A DNA stretch of 64,000 bases from Lepidodermella squamata (GCA_047495785.1 JBLDXI010000042.1:1922001-1986000); one strand, 5' to 3'; positions 1 to 14,248 are shown, numbered from the stretch's first letter. A program made the numbers and translations. Notes: a model not told the origin generated them from the letters alone.

Positions 1-103
1 AAATGTTGCGCAAATGGCAAGTAAAGGTGTAGAGGAATAAGCGGGTGAAATTTGTGCGTTAACCGCTGTTTGGTTAAAACTGTATCTTAGGTATAGCAAA
101 AGC

Positions 104-929
104 TCATTCATCCACAATTTCATCGCGCCGCAAAAATAATCCTGAATAAAAATCATAATAATAGTTTACTGATGTCGATAACATTTTGTTGTGGTCTCGC
201 CTGTGTCCGCGGTCAATTTTTACTTCGGTTTGCCTATTATTACCATAATTTTCCACAAGGCACTCCTGCCAGAACTCGGGCAGATAATACATGAGTTCTC
301 GATTAGAGTCCGCCTTGAGCTGCACGGATTTCTCCGTCAGAATTCAGCAAACGGCCACTGCAGAAATTTGTTCTTCCATTGGTGCACAGAAATTTGTGTA
401 ATGTTGTTGCAACCGTCTCTTACAATTCCAAGTACCCATGTGTCCATTTTGCCTGCACTACCTTGGATTCTGACCCTTCTTTTTCGTCTTCGTCTTTGAT
501 ATCCTCACCTTGCTCGTACTCCTTCATCAAATAGTCGAATTGGGCATTCGTGACAAATAAATCAATGTCGTCATCGAAGGGGATAATATCCCCTTCTCTC
601 ATGAAACCTTTCATCAAATAAATATCAATTTTCGCATGATTCTAATCGTCAAATAAATCCTTACCCAGTAATGTACCATAAGCTGGGACGATTTTAATTT
701 CAAAATTTCTCAAAAAATCTCGTTGTAATCGGCTGAAAAATCTCGCTTGATCTTGCCGTTTAGCAGACCCCAGAAATAGACAGCTCAAATGCGGTGCATG
801 ATTATCACGACCTTGCTTATCCCATTCCTTACCGTATTGCATCGATATGATTCCTGTGTTTCTGGAATAATAATTGTCCGTACAACTGGAGGCGGCCATC
901 ACAATGCTAGCAATATAAGATGCAAGCAA
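104..929 (-). pseudogene. LicD/fukutin-family nucleotidyltransferase-like gene, intron-containing, probably frameshifted; 5' end unresolved
   Basis: Removing a 57-bp intron (608..664, GTAAG...AAAG) joins PAYGTLLG to FMREGDIIPFDDDIDL, the LicD 'GTLLG..R....IPxDxDxD' motif. A second candidate 56-bp intron (453..508, GTGAG...GCAG) gives ...EQGKMDTW...KFLQWPFAEF, then TGA at 339-337. The LicD-like C-terminal 'LPEFWQECLVENYGN' motif continues in another frame (104..325). Confidence 0.7.
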
Positions 930-3290
930 GCAAGTATGGCAAGATATTTGAGCGATTTATAAAAGTGGACTACTTGCCTTTCATTAGCTTTCAATGGATA
1001 GATGCGACTGTTAACTTACAGGTGCGTGCATGGGATCTCAATGGTCAATAGCGACGAATCTATACCATTCACGTTATGCCGCCCATTGTGTAACGAATCT
1101 TCATTCCAAAGGAGCGGACGATTCACCTTTCAAGGGGTCGAGATCACAAAACTCATTTGCGCTCATTCAGGGATGAAATAATAGGTATCTTAGCAACAGT
1201 GTCTTAACTCGGGTGCTGCTTATCAACATCAAAAATGACTCATGAGAATGTTCTCGGTTCCTTGTGTAATGCCAGTGAAACTGTTTTTCCTGTGTTATTC
1301 TGTCCCAAAGTCGCGAAATCAATGAAATAAATAACCGCAATTGCCGTTAGCCAAACCTTTAGCTTCAAGACAGAATCCTTTCCTGCGGAAAAAAACGTCT
1401 TGGTTACGGTTTTTTTTACCCACGTTGCCGCTGGGTCGTTACTAGGCGCCCTGTTTTCTGGAGCATTCCCTAGACAAAGGAGCCTTGTTTGGGTTACAGA
1501 TCCTTTGAACTGATGTTTGAGTTGGTACAATTTTGTATTCAGCCAATTAAATTCAGAAATTCTTGTTTAAAATAAAGTGCCCGCCTGGGTGAAGACAAGG
1601 TTTCGGAACTCCAAAAATGCCAGTAGGAATGCGGGGTCGTTTTTATTCTGCACGAAGGATTAGCATTTTCACGTAGCTCAACTAAACGATGGAGATATGA
1701 GTTGGTCACCAATAAAAAATGTATTTTAGGTTAATCACGATATTAGAAGCTGGAAAGAAGGACAACTGAGAAATCAGAGTTATGACATCAATTCAACCAG
1801 CTCGAAATCATTTAGCTCGGCAAGTGCTGGCTAGTATTTTTTTCTTTCGAACGCTGCGCCACATTTAGTGCATATCATCAGATTGCCATTAGTTCGCCGC
1901 CAGCAATGATTTGCGGCGTAATACCCTCCTCCACGTGCTGGACCTGTCCACGCGCCTGGGCAGCCACTCATTGGCCAACTATATTTATATTAATTCACCT
2001 AATAAATAATTATTCGGCATAAATTAGTTTCATTTACTTATTCGGAAAAATAAAGGGGCCTCTACATTAAGAAGGGTTACCATGGCTATTTTAATTTCCA
2101 AAGGTTAACCATCATCTCATCGTGGAGAAACGTTGCTTTTTCTAGTGTTTGTGTTCTAGTGTGTTCTAGTGTCAGTTAAGCTGGCTAGCAATCGATAAAA
2201 CGGTAATGCGGTATGTGGAAGGTTAGGAACAAGTTATTTTAACTGCTTCGTCGCATTCGCTGTTAGTACCGAGGTCCCGGCCAATCGGTCCGAGTAATTG
2301 GTCCAGGCGGCCAATCGTGGCGGATGTAACCATTGATGCAGCCATATGGTCGCCATACGCAGATAGGGTTTTGCATCGCTATCTCAAATGTTATCTCATC
2401 TGTAATTATTTCTTTTCTGTGTCAAATTTCAACTCACTTTTTTCGCTCAAGAAAAAAAGTATTTTAAGAAAAATGATGATATGACAGTAAAAAATGAAGC
2501 GACGGCGCTACCTAGAAATGAAAAGGACCATTGAATTCCCCGAGCAAGATAGACAAACTGATTCACCGTATAGCTCTTTTGACATGCCGATAATTGTGAA
2601 TAGTCTGCTGTACTTTCAATTTATCATTCATTGGACATGTACCAGCGCTTCAGCATGAATCAGAGATAGCTGCAAAGATTTCATTTGATGAATCAGGCCA
2701 ATCGCTCGCCTCTTACCCTTTGATGCACATCCTATACCCAATATATTTTTCCGTTTTAGAAACGCGCCTCTACTTACCATTTCTTCTCAAAATTACCAAT
2801 TAACTAAGTATCTCTCCTAATTTCCTTCAAATTAATTAACTATTTTTTTCATTCTCAAATTTTCTAAATTTGCTGAGGACCTGCTTTACAGGATAGACCA
2901 GAAGCGGGAATTTTCTTGGTATTAATTTCGCATAAATTCATTGGTTGAAATTGGTTGTTGTTGGTGTTTGGAACTTTCTGTGCGAGCGACCACAATGAAC
3001 AGACACGACGCGTTCTGTCTGCAAGGCATTGTCCATTTCCATTCGAGCAATAAATTTTGTACAAATTTCAGTGCGAGGGACAAGAATGAACAGACACGAC
3101 GCGATCTGTCTGCGTGCAATGCATTTGTTTTATGTTCTGTGCTTGCGACATCAATCGTCCAATCAGAGAACGCATTTTTCCGGCTAAAAAATCTCAAACA
3201 CTATGTCGTCAACGCGAGAAGTGAAATGACCATCATAACCCAAACCGTGTGACATTAGTCCCCCGTGGACATAACTCCCCCGGTGGAGTA

Positions 3291-6200
3291 CAGGGTGTTC
3301 TTTTTAAAACCGAACATCCGCCGCGCGCGTTGGAAAATCGCGTGCTACCGCAAATTTTTATGCACAAAATTAAATATCCTTTTAAAAATATTTTTATTTT
3401 ATTATATTAATACTTTTTTTTAAATAAAAATTTTGTTGCCACGGAAAAGCGTGCTGCGCGATGCCGCGCGTTTTCGCGTTGTAGCCGCTCCGTGCACCGC
3501 AAGTTCCCCGGCGCGCAACTTCATCCCCGTAATTCCGCATTTTATCACCGGTGACGACACCTTTGTTAGTGTTTTTCTGATAGCATTTCAAGCATTTAAT
3601 AAGGCAGCCGGCGTCATTTTTTCTAAATATGGCTCAATTAGACGTATGCGCTAAGCCTAAACAAGCCATTTTTATGCCGTTTTTCGCAGATCTTAAGCGT
3701 TTAACCCCGGAAACTTTCACCTAAGTGCGGTTATACCTTGCGGAAACAGTGTTTCTAAGTACAGTAATGTATTCTCTACAAGACTACCACAGCCGTTTTT
3801 GTAGGATGATGGTTATTTTTAGCACGTCTGCCCTAACAGCCAGCCGGTCTTTCAGAGCATAGATCTCATTATCACCATCTTCAAGGAGGTCTATGCCTTC
3901 AAATCACCCGTCAAAAACACTGTCTCTCATTGTTTTCTTGTAAAGCTGAGTAAATACTACTTAGTTACCGTTACTTTTTGGAGGGTCACCGCGGTTTTTC
4001 ACTTGCTGCTGCTATGGATGCATTCTGTCGATAAATGGAGTTTTTCGGGATATTCGGAACATTTACAATGTTAGCAAACAATTCAGCGGTCAAATGGGGG
4101 CTCAAATGAGTGAATTCACTAGGAGACATAAATACTTTGACAATGAAACAAGAAAAACTCGGTGTTGCCATACTAACTCGTGAGCAGGAGGGGCTTCCTT
4201 CTGCCATACCTGCTGTGTTAGATCTCATCCTCTGGACAGATGAACGATCTTCAAGATGGTCCATGTCATGAATTTTGCTTAATTAGCATTGTTACTCATT
4301 GTTTTCAGGTAGAATAGAGTGTAAATTTCTTAGTTACCATGTCTTTTTGGGGGGTCACCGTGGTTTTTCTCGTTTTACGGCTAAGGATGCATTTAGACGT
4401 TAAAATGGAGTTATTCGGGTTTATCGGAACATTTATTGATGCTGGGAAATAATCAACGGTCAGATATGGGTAAAATTGGGTGATTTTGCTTTGACTATAT
4501 CAATATGACGACAAAGCAGAAAAAAGCTAGTGTTGCCGCCGTAATTCGAGCGCAGGATCGACTTTCGTCTGCCCTACACACTCTGGTTAGACGTCATCAT
4601 TGAGTCAGATCAGCAACCTTAAGGATAGCTCATTTCATGAAATAATCTGGTAAGAACAATCTTTCTCATGGTTTTCTTGTAGAATAAACTGTATATTTCT
4701 TAGTTACCATTACTTTTAGGTTGGACAACGCGGTTTTCCGCTTTAAGTGGCTTAGCATGCATTTTTCGGGTTTTTTCGGGTTTTTCGGGATATTTTTGGT
4801 CGTAGCAAATAATTTAGCGGTTAAATTTTGGCCAACATAAGTGAACTTGCTAAGAGAAGATGTCAGTTTGACAATAAAGCAGAAAAATGCTGGTGTTGCC
4901 GCCCTAACTCGAGCGCTGGGTCGGCTTTCTGATACCATACCATCCTTGTTAGAGGACGTTTCAACGCGTTGTAGCCGCAATCCTTCGTGATTTATGGGGC
5001 CATATGACATCGATGCATGAATTTTAGGCATTGTGTGAATATATAGCTTCAATCGTGTTGAAATTCTGCAAAAGACTTTACCCGTTGACACATTTCAGCC
5101 GATGCTACTGGTTTTCAGCGGCCGCATTAGGGCTAAGGTTTGAAATCGTTTGTTTTCGCTTATTCTTCTATTTCTCCGGGAAATTCAGCGGGTGGGGCGC
5201 GTTATATTATTGTGATTTATTGCGCTTGAAGTTACATCAATCAAATAGTTTACCACTAAAATATTCAAGAAACGTAAAATCTATGCGAGAATGCTGGACT
5301 GTTCTTACCGGACGCGTAGAATCAGAGATCAAAGGGATGCATATAAAAGACAAAGACTGGCGTGGTGTTAAACTTGCTTTGTTACCGCAGTCTCACAAAC
5401 AGTTACACCCGCCCGCAACTGCGGTTACCGCAGGGAAATGGATGACAGGACACGGGCATCACCACGGAATATTCCCGCCGCTTCCCTGCGCCGCCGCAAA
5501 CGAGTGATCAATGTCTGAATAAGATCTCGGTTATCAGTCCTAAGCGTTGTCTCAGTCATCGTCTGTTTTCAAATCTCCGGCGGATCCAGTGATACCAATG
5601 AATTTTTCGCCGAAAATGATGCTAAATTCTCACTCTTAACGACTCACGCCGCGCGCCGGATGCTGCCAATGATGTTAAAGTTTACATGACGTTTTGTTAA
5701 ACAACACTCAACTTGATCTGAATGGTGCAAATAAACGGCTGTTCATAGCCTAGCGATGTTGATTTTCCATGCTATGGATGTTAAGGATGCATTTATGAGT
5801 AAAAGAGATGCTAAGCGCTCTCTTTGCTTGATAGCAATCTTGCTATAAGGAATTCCTTACTAAGGATGTCCTTACTAAGCAAGACATCCTTAGCAAGATG
5901 GCTTCCAAGTAAGGACGCGGTGTCACTGGTATGCTTGGTAGGAATGGCTTACTCAACAATCCTTACTCAGACTTCGCCGCTTCAGACTGAGCTTCAGGCT
6001 AAATCATCGTAATCTAAAATACCTTGTATTTTTTCTTTTTGATATTATGAACATGTTCTACGAGTCAGCTTTGATGATAACGGTGGTAACGCCTTTGAGA
6101 TCAGCTTTAATTAGTCTATAGAAGTTAGTTACGGCTTCACTGCGGACGACGAAGTATCACACAAGGATGAGAGAGCATCAAGGATAAAGAAGGAAGGCAA

Positions 6201-6860
6201 CGTCTCTTCCGCATCAGCAACATCTATGCCAGTAAATTCGACATGTTTACCTCCAGCTTTCCGTTTATTTACATGATACCTTTTCATCGTGAAACAGCTA
6301 GTTGCATTGCATTTCGCCCAGAAAAGGGTGCGTTTCTCTGATCCGCGGACTGAAACTTGAGCGACAAGTTTTCAAGGCCGCTTGTTATATCATTAGACTC
6401 CTCAAGACAGCAGAAAACCACGTTGCACCGCCGTCTTCTTGATTCCAGCGGTGGATTTCAACGGCAAGGAAGCGCAATTTAAGGCTCTTTTCACCGATTT
6501 TGGGTATACCACATTGCGAAAACTGAGACCGAATAAGAAAAAACGGCGCGGCTATAACATTTAGCTCGCTTAACTGACTTGAATGATGCGCGGCAAGGAG
6601 CCGCGCGCTTGCCGGTTACCTTAGGAACCAGGCGCGAAAACCCTGATTTCAGGCGTTTTAACCGCTAAAATTAAAAAACCGACGCGTCGACGTGGCAACG
6701 CGCGCTAAAATTCAAGGGCATCGTGCAATTGAAAATAAAATTAAAAATTTATATTAAAAGTGATAAAAAATTATTTTAGTAAAATTATTTTCGTAAAATA
6801 GCCGGCAAATTTATTTTTCGCGACTACGGCAGGATGTTCGGTTTTAAAAAGAACACCCTG
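3291..6860. mobile_element. Non-autonomous Tc1/mariner-type DNA transposon (3.57 kb) inserted in the satellite
   Basis: 29-bp perfect TIR CAGGGTGTTCTTTTTAAAACCGAACATCC at both ends. TA target duplication at 3289-3290 and 6861-6862. The satellite resumes in register (GGAGTA|TTGATTCC). No transposase ORF is recognisable. Confidence 0.9.
3930..5030. repeat. Diverged ~369-bp tandem repeat (about 3 copies) inside the TA-target element
   Basis: TTAGTTACC anchor at 3961, 4329 and 4699, with similar flanks (e.g. GGTGTTGCC/AGTGTTGCC at ~4161, 4529, 4892). Confidence 0.75.
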
Positions 6861-7768
6861 TATTGATTCCTTGGAATTATTAGACAGCTGAGGACCTGCT
6901 TTACAGGATAGACCAGAAGCGGGAATTTTCTTGGTATTAATTTCGCATAAATTCATTGGTTGAAATTGGTTGTTGTTGGTGTTTGGAACTTTCTGTGCGA
7001 GCGACCACAATGAACAGACACGACGCGTTCTGTCTGCAAGGCATTGTCCATTTCCATTCGAGCAATGAATTTTGTACAAATTTCAGTGCGAGGGACAAGA
7101 ATGAACAGACACGACGCGATCTGTCTGCGTGCAATGCATTTGTTTAATGTTCTGTGCTTGCGACATCAATCGTCCAATCAGAGAACGCATTTTTCCGGCT
7201 AAAAAATCTTAAACACAATGTCGTCAACGCGAGAAGTGAAATGACCATTATAACCCAAACCGTGTGACATTAGTCCCCCGTGGACATAACTCCCCCGGTG
7301 GAGTATTGATTCCTTGGAATTATTAGTGAAATAGTGAAATAGAAGTGAAATGACCATTATAACCCAAACCGTGTGACATTAGTCCCCCGTGGACATAACT
7401 CCCCCGGTGGAGTATTGATTCCTTGGAATTATTAGACAGCTGAGGACCTGCTTTACAGGATAGAACAGGAGCGGGAATTTTCTTGGTATTAATTTCGCAT
7501 AAATTCATTGGTTGAAATTGGTTGTTGTTGGTGTTTGGAACTTTCTGTGCGAGCGACCACAATGAACAGACACGACGCGATCTGTCTGCGTGCAATGCAT
7601 TTGTTTAATGTTCTGTGCTTGCGACATCAATCGTCCAATCAGAGAACGCATTTTTCCGGCTAAAAAATCTTAAACACAATGTCGTCAACGCGAGAAGTGA
7701 AATGACCATTATAACCCAAACCGTGTGACATTAGTCCCCCGTGGACATAACTCCCCCGGTGGAGTATT

Positions 7769-8720
7769 TATTTATTTATTTATTTATTTATTTTATACCG
7801 GCTTGCAATCAATCTCAAGGATTATTAGCAATCAAAGGCGCCTCACTGTAGATATCAAAAACTTCGTATAATCCAAATTATCAACAAACAATTTAAAATT
7901 AGCTAAAGAGCCATTAACAATGTCTAAAGGCAGCTTGTTCCATAATATTACATACCTTCTAAGAAAAGAGAACTTAAAGCAGTCTCTGTGGCACATAGGC
8001 AATGAGAGCCTGTGCGTGTCAGCATATTTGTTGCTGGATTTGTTAAAAAATAAACCAAAATCAACATCAACAAAACCACGATATAATTTAAACATTAGTA
8101 TCAAGTCACGTTGACAACGTCTATTTTCGAGAGTTTTCATGCTAAACATTTGGAGTAGGACTTTGTAGTCAGTCACCCTGTAACCTGTCATCCTTTTCAG
8201 GAAATTATGCAGAACTGATTCGAGCCGACTGATTACTGTTAGCAGATATGGAGAATACACAGTGGAAGCATAGTCGAGGTGTGGCATTACATAGACATTA
8301 AAAGCCTTAAGTCGTAGACTATTCGATTTGAAAGTTCGCAAAATGAATCCCGAAATCCTGTTGCACTTGGCAATAATTTTAGAGCAGTGCGATTTAAAAT
8401 TTAGATTCTCGTCTACCTCAATTCCGAGGTCTCGGATCGATTTAACAAACTCGATCTCGTGACCATTTATTGAGTACTTGAAATTAGCAACTTCAGCAGA
8501 TTTCTTGCCGTTGAGGCGGAGAACAAAACATTTTTGGCTATTAATGTTAAGCCCATTGTCGGCAAACCATTCGATGATATTGTTCAAATCAGCTTGAAGA
8601 CTGTGACAATCTTCCACACAAGATATCTTATTATAGATCTTAGTGTCGTCGGCGAAGTACTTAGTTAAAGAAGTCCTTATACAGTCATCAGTGAATAGCA
8701 AGTACACAACGAACAGCAAG
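7769..8720 (-). mobile_element. 5'-truncated LINE (CR1/L2/Jockey-group) inserted in the satellite
   Basis: RT C-terminal half with YFADDTKIY, INSQKC, RDLGI and PHLDYASTVYSPY motifs. Short 3' UTR, then a (TAAA)n tail (TTTA repeats 7767-7797 on +). Probable GTATT target duplication at 7764-7768 and 8721-8725. Confidence 0.92.
7832..8719 (-). CDS. LINE ORF2 fragment (reverse transcriptase C-terminal portion, 295 codons, no true start)
   Basis: Uninterrupted frame with the FADD catalytic motif and thumb/C-terminal motifs. It is truncated at the insertion boundary, so it is not a functional gene. Confidence 0.85.
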   Translation of the reverse strand: MLFVVYLLFTDDCIRTSLTKYFADDTKIYNKISCVEDCHSLQADLNNIIEWFADNGLNINSQKCFVLRLNGKKSAEVANFKYSINGHEIEFVKSIRDLGIEVDENLNFKSHCSKIIAKCNRISGFILRTFKSNSLRLKAFNVYVMPHLDYASTVYSPYLLTVISRLESVLHNFLKRMTGYRVTDYKVLLQMFSMKTLENRRCQRDLILMFKLYRGFVDVDFGLFFNKSSNKYADTHRLSLPMCHRDCFKFSFLRRYVILWNKLPLDIVNGSLANFKLFVDNLDYTKFLISTVRRL

Positions 8721-11700
8721 GTATTGATTCCTTGGAATTATTAGACAGCTGAGGACCTGCTTTACAGGATAGACCAGAAGCGGGAATTTTCTTGGTATTA
8801 ATTTCGCATAAATTCATTGGTTGAAATTGGTTGTTGTTGGTGTTTGGAACTTTCTGTGCGAGCGACCACAATGAACAGACACGACGCGTTCTGTCTGCAA
8901 GGCATTGTCCATTTCCATTCGAGCAATGAATTTTGTACAAATTTCAGTGCGAGGGACAAGAATGAACAGACACGACGCGATCTGTCTGCGTGCAATGTAT
9001 TTGTTTTATGTTCTGTGCTTGCGACATAAATCGTCCAATCAGAGAACGCATTTTTCCGGCTAAAAAATCTTAAACACAATGTCGTCAACGCGAGAAGTGA
9101 AATGACCATTATAACCCAAACCGTGTGACATTAGTCCCCCGTGGACATAACTCCCCCGGTGGAGTATTGATTCCTTGGAATTATTAGACAGCTGAGGACC
9201 TGCTTTACAGGATAGACCAGAAGCGGGAATTTTCTTGGTATTAATTTCGCATAAATTCATTGGTTGAAATTGGTTGTTGTTGGTGTTTGGAACTTTCTGT
9301 GCGAGCGACCACAATGAACAGACACGACGCGATCTGTCTGCGTGCAATGCATTTGTTTAATGTTCTGTGCTTGCGACATCAATCGTCCAATCAGAGAACG
9401 CATTTTTCCCGCTAAAAAATCTTAAACACAATGTCGTCAACGCGAGAAGTGAAATGACCAATATAACCCAAACCGTGTGACATTAGTCCCCCGTGGACAT
9501 AACTCCCCCGGTGGAGTATTGATTCCTTGGAATTATTAGACAGCTGAGGACCTGCTTTACAGGATAGACCAGAAGCGGGAATTTTCTTGGTATTAATTTC
9601 GCATAAATTCATTGGTTGAAATTGGTTGTTGTTGGTGTTTGGAACTTTCTGTGCGAGCGACCACAATGAACAGACACGACGCGTTCTGTCTGCAAGGCAT
9701 TGTCCATTTCCATTCGAGCAATGAATTTTGTACAAATTTCAGTGCGAGGGACAAGAATGAACAGACACGACGCGATCTGTCTGCGTGCAATGCATTTGTT
9801 TAATGTTCTGTGCTTGCGACATCAATCGTCCAATCAGAGAACGCATTTTTCCGGCTAACAAATCTTAAACACAATGTCGTCAACGCGAGAAGTGAAATGA
9901 CCATTATAACCCAAGCCGTGTGACATTAGTCCCCCGTGGACATAACTCCCCCGGTGGAGTATTGATTCCTTGGAATTATTAGACAGCTGAGGACCTGCTT
10001 TACAGGATAGAACAGGAGCGGGAATTTTCTTGGTATTAATTTCGCATAAATTCATTGGTTGAAATTGGTTGTTGTTGGTGTTTGGAACTTTCTGTGCGAG
10101 CGACCACAATGAACAGACACGACGCGTTCTGTCTGCAAGGCATTGTCCATTTCCATTCGAGCAATGAATTTTGTACAAATTTCAGTGCGAGGGACAAGAA
10201 TGAACAGACACGACGCGATCTGTCTGCGTGCAATGCATTTGTTTAATGTTCTGTGCTTGCGACATCAATCGTCCAATCAGAGAACGCATTTTTCCGGCTA
10301 AAAAATCTTAAACACAATGTCGTCAACGCGAGAAGTGAAATGACCATTATAACCCAAACCGTGTGACATTAGTCCCCCGTGGACATAACTCCCCCGGTGG
10401 AGTATTGATTCCTTGGAATTATTAGACAGCTGAGGACCTGCTTTACAGGATAGAACAGGAGCGGGAATTTTCTTGGTATTAATTTCGCATAAATTCATTG
10501 GTTGAAATTGGTTGTTGTTGGTGTTTGGAACTTTCTGTGCGAGCGACCACAATGAACAGACACGACGCGATCTGTCTGCGTGCAATGCATTTGTTTAATG
10601 TTCTGTGCTTGCGACATCAATCGTCCAATCAGAGAACGCATTTTTCCGGCTAAAAAATCTTAAACACAATGTCGTCAACGCGAGAAGTGAAATGACCATT
10701 ATAACCCAAACCGTGTGACATTAGTCCCCCGTGGACATAACTCCCCCGGTGGAGTATTGATTCCTTGGAATTATTAGACAGCTGAGGACCTGCTTTACAG
10801 GATAGACCAGAAGCGGGAATTTTCTTGGTATTAATTTCGCATAAATTCATTGGTTGAAATTGGTTGTTGTTGGTGTTTGGAACTTTCTGTGCGAGCGACC
10901 ACAATGAACAGACACGACGCGTTCTGTCTGCAAGGCATTGTCCATTTCCATTCGAGCAATGAATTTTGTACAAATTTCAGTGCGAGGGACAAGAATGAAC
11001 AGACACGACGCGATCTGTCTGCGTGCAATGTATTTGTTTTATGTTCTGTGCTTGCGACATAAATCGTCCAATCAGAGAACGCATTTTTCCGGCTAAAAAA
11101 TCTTAAACACAATGTCGTCAACGCGAGAAGTGAAATGACCATTATAACCCAAACCGTGTGACATTAGTCCCCCGTGGACATAACTCCCCCGGTGGAGTAT
11201 TGATTCCTTGGAATTATTAGACAGCTGAGGACCTGCTTTACAGGATAGACCAGAAGCGGGAATTTTCTTGGTATTAATTTCGCATAAATTCATTGGTTGA
11301 AATTGGTTGTTGTTGGTGTTTGGAACTTTCTGTGCGAGCGACCACAATGAACAGACACGACGCGTTCTGTCTGCAAGGCATTGTCCATTTCCATTCGAGC
11401 AATGAATTTTGTACAAATTTCAGTGCGAGGGACAAGAATGAACAGACACGACGCGATCTGTCTGCGTGCAATGCATTTGTTTAATGTTCTGTGCTTGCGA
11501 CATCAATCGTCCAATCAGAGAACGCATTTTTCCGGCTAAAAAATCTTAAACACAATGTCGTCAACGCGAGAAGTGAAATGACCATTATAACCCAAACCGT
11601 GTGACATTAGTCCCCCGTGGACATAACTCCCCCGGTGGAGTATTGATTCCTTGGAATTATTAGTGAAATAGTGAAATAGAAGTGAAATGACCATTATAAC

Positions 11701-13396
11701 CCAAACCGTGTGACATTAGTCCCCCGTGGACATAACTCCCCCGGTGGAGTATTGATTCCTTGGAATTATTAGACAGCTGAGGACCTGCTTTACAGGATAG
11801 AACAGGAGCGGGAATTTTCTTGGTATTAATTTCGCATAAATTCATTGGTTGAAATTGGTTGTTGTTGGTGTTTGGAACTTTCTGTGCGAGCGACCACAAT
11901 GAACAGACACGACGCGATCTGTCTGCGTGCAATGCATTTGTTTTATGTTCTGTGCTTGCGACATCAATCGTCCAATCAGAGAACGCATTTTTCCCGCTAA
12001 AAAATCTCAAACACAATGTCGTCAACGCGAGAAGTGAAATGACCATTATAACCCAAACCGTGTGACATTAGTCCCCCGTGGACATAACTCCCCCGGTGGA
12101 GTATTGATTCCTTGGAATTATTAGTGAAATAGTGAAATAGAAGTGAAATGACCATTATAACCCAAACCGTGTGACATTAGTCCCCCGTGGACATAACTCC
12201 CCCGGTGGAGTATTGATTCCTTGGAATTATTAGACAGCTGAGGACCTGCTTTACAGGATAGAACAGGAGCGGGAATTTTCTTGGTATTAATTTCGCATAA
12301 ATTCATTGGTTGAAATTGGTTGTTGTTGGTGTTTGGAACTTTCTGTGCGAGCGACCACAATGAACAGACACGACGCGTTCTGTCTGCAAGGCATTGTCCA
12401 TTTCCATTCGAGCAATGAATTTTGTACAAATTTCAGTGCGAGGGACAAGAATGAACAGACACGACGCGATCTGTCTGCGTGCAATGCATTTGTTTAATGT
12501 TCTGTGCTTGCGACATCAATCGTCCAATCAGAGAACGCATTTTTCCGGCTAAAAAATCTTAAACACAATGTCGTCAACGCGAGAAGTGAAATGACCATTA
12601 TAACCCAAACCGTGTGACATTAGTCCCCCGTGGACATAACTCCCCCGGTGGAGTATTGATTCCTTGGAATTATTAGACAGCTGAGGACCTGCTTTACAGG
12701 ATAGAACAGGAGCGGGAATTTTCTTGGTATTAATTTCGCATAAATTCATTGGTTGAAATTGGTTGTTGTTGGTGTTTGGAACTTTCTGTGCGAGCGACCA
12801 CAATGAACAGACACGACGCGATCTGTCTGCGTGCAAGGCATTGTCCACTTCCATTCGAGCAATGAATTTCGTACAAATTTCAGTGCGAGGGACAAGAATG
12901 AACAGACACGACGCGATCTGTCTGCGTGCAATGCATTTGTTTAATGTTCTGTGCTTGCGACATCAATCGTCCAATCAGAGAACGCATTTTTCCGGCTAAA
13001 AAATCTTAAACACAATGTCGTCAACGCGAGAAGTGAAATGACCATTATAACCCAAACCGTGTGACATTAGTCCCCCGTGGACATAACTCCCCCGGTGGAG
13101 TATTGATTCCTTGGAATTATTAGACAGCTGAGGACCTGCTTTACAGGATAGAACAGGAGCGGGAATTTTCTTGGTATTAATTTCGCATAAATTCATTGGT
13201 TGAAATTGGTTGTTGTTGGTGTTTGGAACTTTCTGTGCGAGCGACCACAATGAACAGACACGACGCGATCTGTCTGCGTGCAAGGCATTGTCCACTTCCA
13301 TTCGAGCAATGAATTTCGTACAAATTTCAGTGCGAGGGACAAGAATGAACAGACACGACGCGATCTGTCTGCGTGCAATGCATTTGTTTTATGTTA

Positions 13397-14248
13397 TGGT
13401 GCGTCCACAAACTAACTTCGGAGAGGGTGACTTCGGAGACCGAACTTGAAACTTCGGAACACTCAAGCGAAACTTCGGTGACGTTATCAGTGGCAATTTC
13501 CGCGCGCGCGCGGCATGAGTCGTCCGAAGTTTCTATTGTTTGCGGGCCGAAGATTTCGAGTGCGCGCGCATGAGTGCGAGCGCGCTCAAACTAGAGAAGG
13601 GGCCGCAGGGTAGACACAAATTTTTTTCAATTCCATTTGAATTCTCAAAATTCCTAAATAGTAAGACGCGAAATGCGACGACGATAACAAAAAGCTAAAT
13701 TTCGACGCGAAATTCACCATTTTTCAGAATAAATAAAAAATTAAATTGATTTTTTTTTCAACGCGCGCTATAAGCTTTTTTTAAAAGCACCCGATTATTT
13801 CTATACTGACATTTTTTTTGTGAAAGCAAGGATTTTACTGCGCGCGTTTCATATACTTGAAATTTACGTCATTTTCGTCATTTATAGTCAATAATACGAA
13901 TTAAAGATGCCACAGGAACAGTTAACTTATGTCGTCGCCCTACCTCGCGAGGTCAAGTGGCCGCTCGCGCGTGCGTACGTAGTAACTTCGGACACGCACA
14001 AAACTTCGGTTCGGAGGCGCTTCGGAGAGCAGTTGTGGGCCTCTCCGAACCGAAGTTTGCGCGCGTCCTTTGTCCAGTGCGTGCGCGCCGCCCATTGTTC
14101 TCACTTCGGGCGCGTAGTCCGAAGTGCGCGCGTTTGTGAACGAAAATCTCAAACTTCGGTCAGCGATTACGCAACTTCGGAGAGCGATTACGAAACTTCG
14201 GAGGCTAAAACTTCGGACGCGTCTCCGAAGCAGTTTGTGAACGTAACA
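13397..14248. mobile_element. PIF/Harbinger-like MITE (852 bp) inserted in the satellite
   Basis: Imperfect TIR: TGGTGCGTCCACAAACT versus reverse complement TGTTACGTTCACAAACT, each followed by CTTCGGAGA. TTA target duplication at 13394-13396 and 14249-14251. About 15 copies of a (A)CTTCGG motif in both orientations. Confidence 0.85.

Noticed and set aside
1240-1530. Possible upstream membrane-anchor exon of the LicD-like gene (VWLTAIAVIYFIDF)
   Set aside because: Plausible for a type II membrane protein, but I could not build a consistent splice path to the 929 exon.
1796-1836. Helitron-like 3' end (GC-rich segment then CTAGT)
   Set aside because: The hairpin is weak, and there is no identifiable 5' end or second copy.
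3394-6012. Transposase within the 3.57-kb TIR element
   Set aside because: Only short ORFs are present, with no DDE/D or HTH motif.
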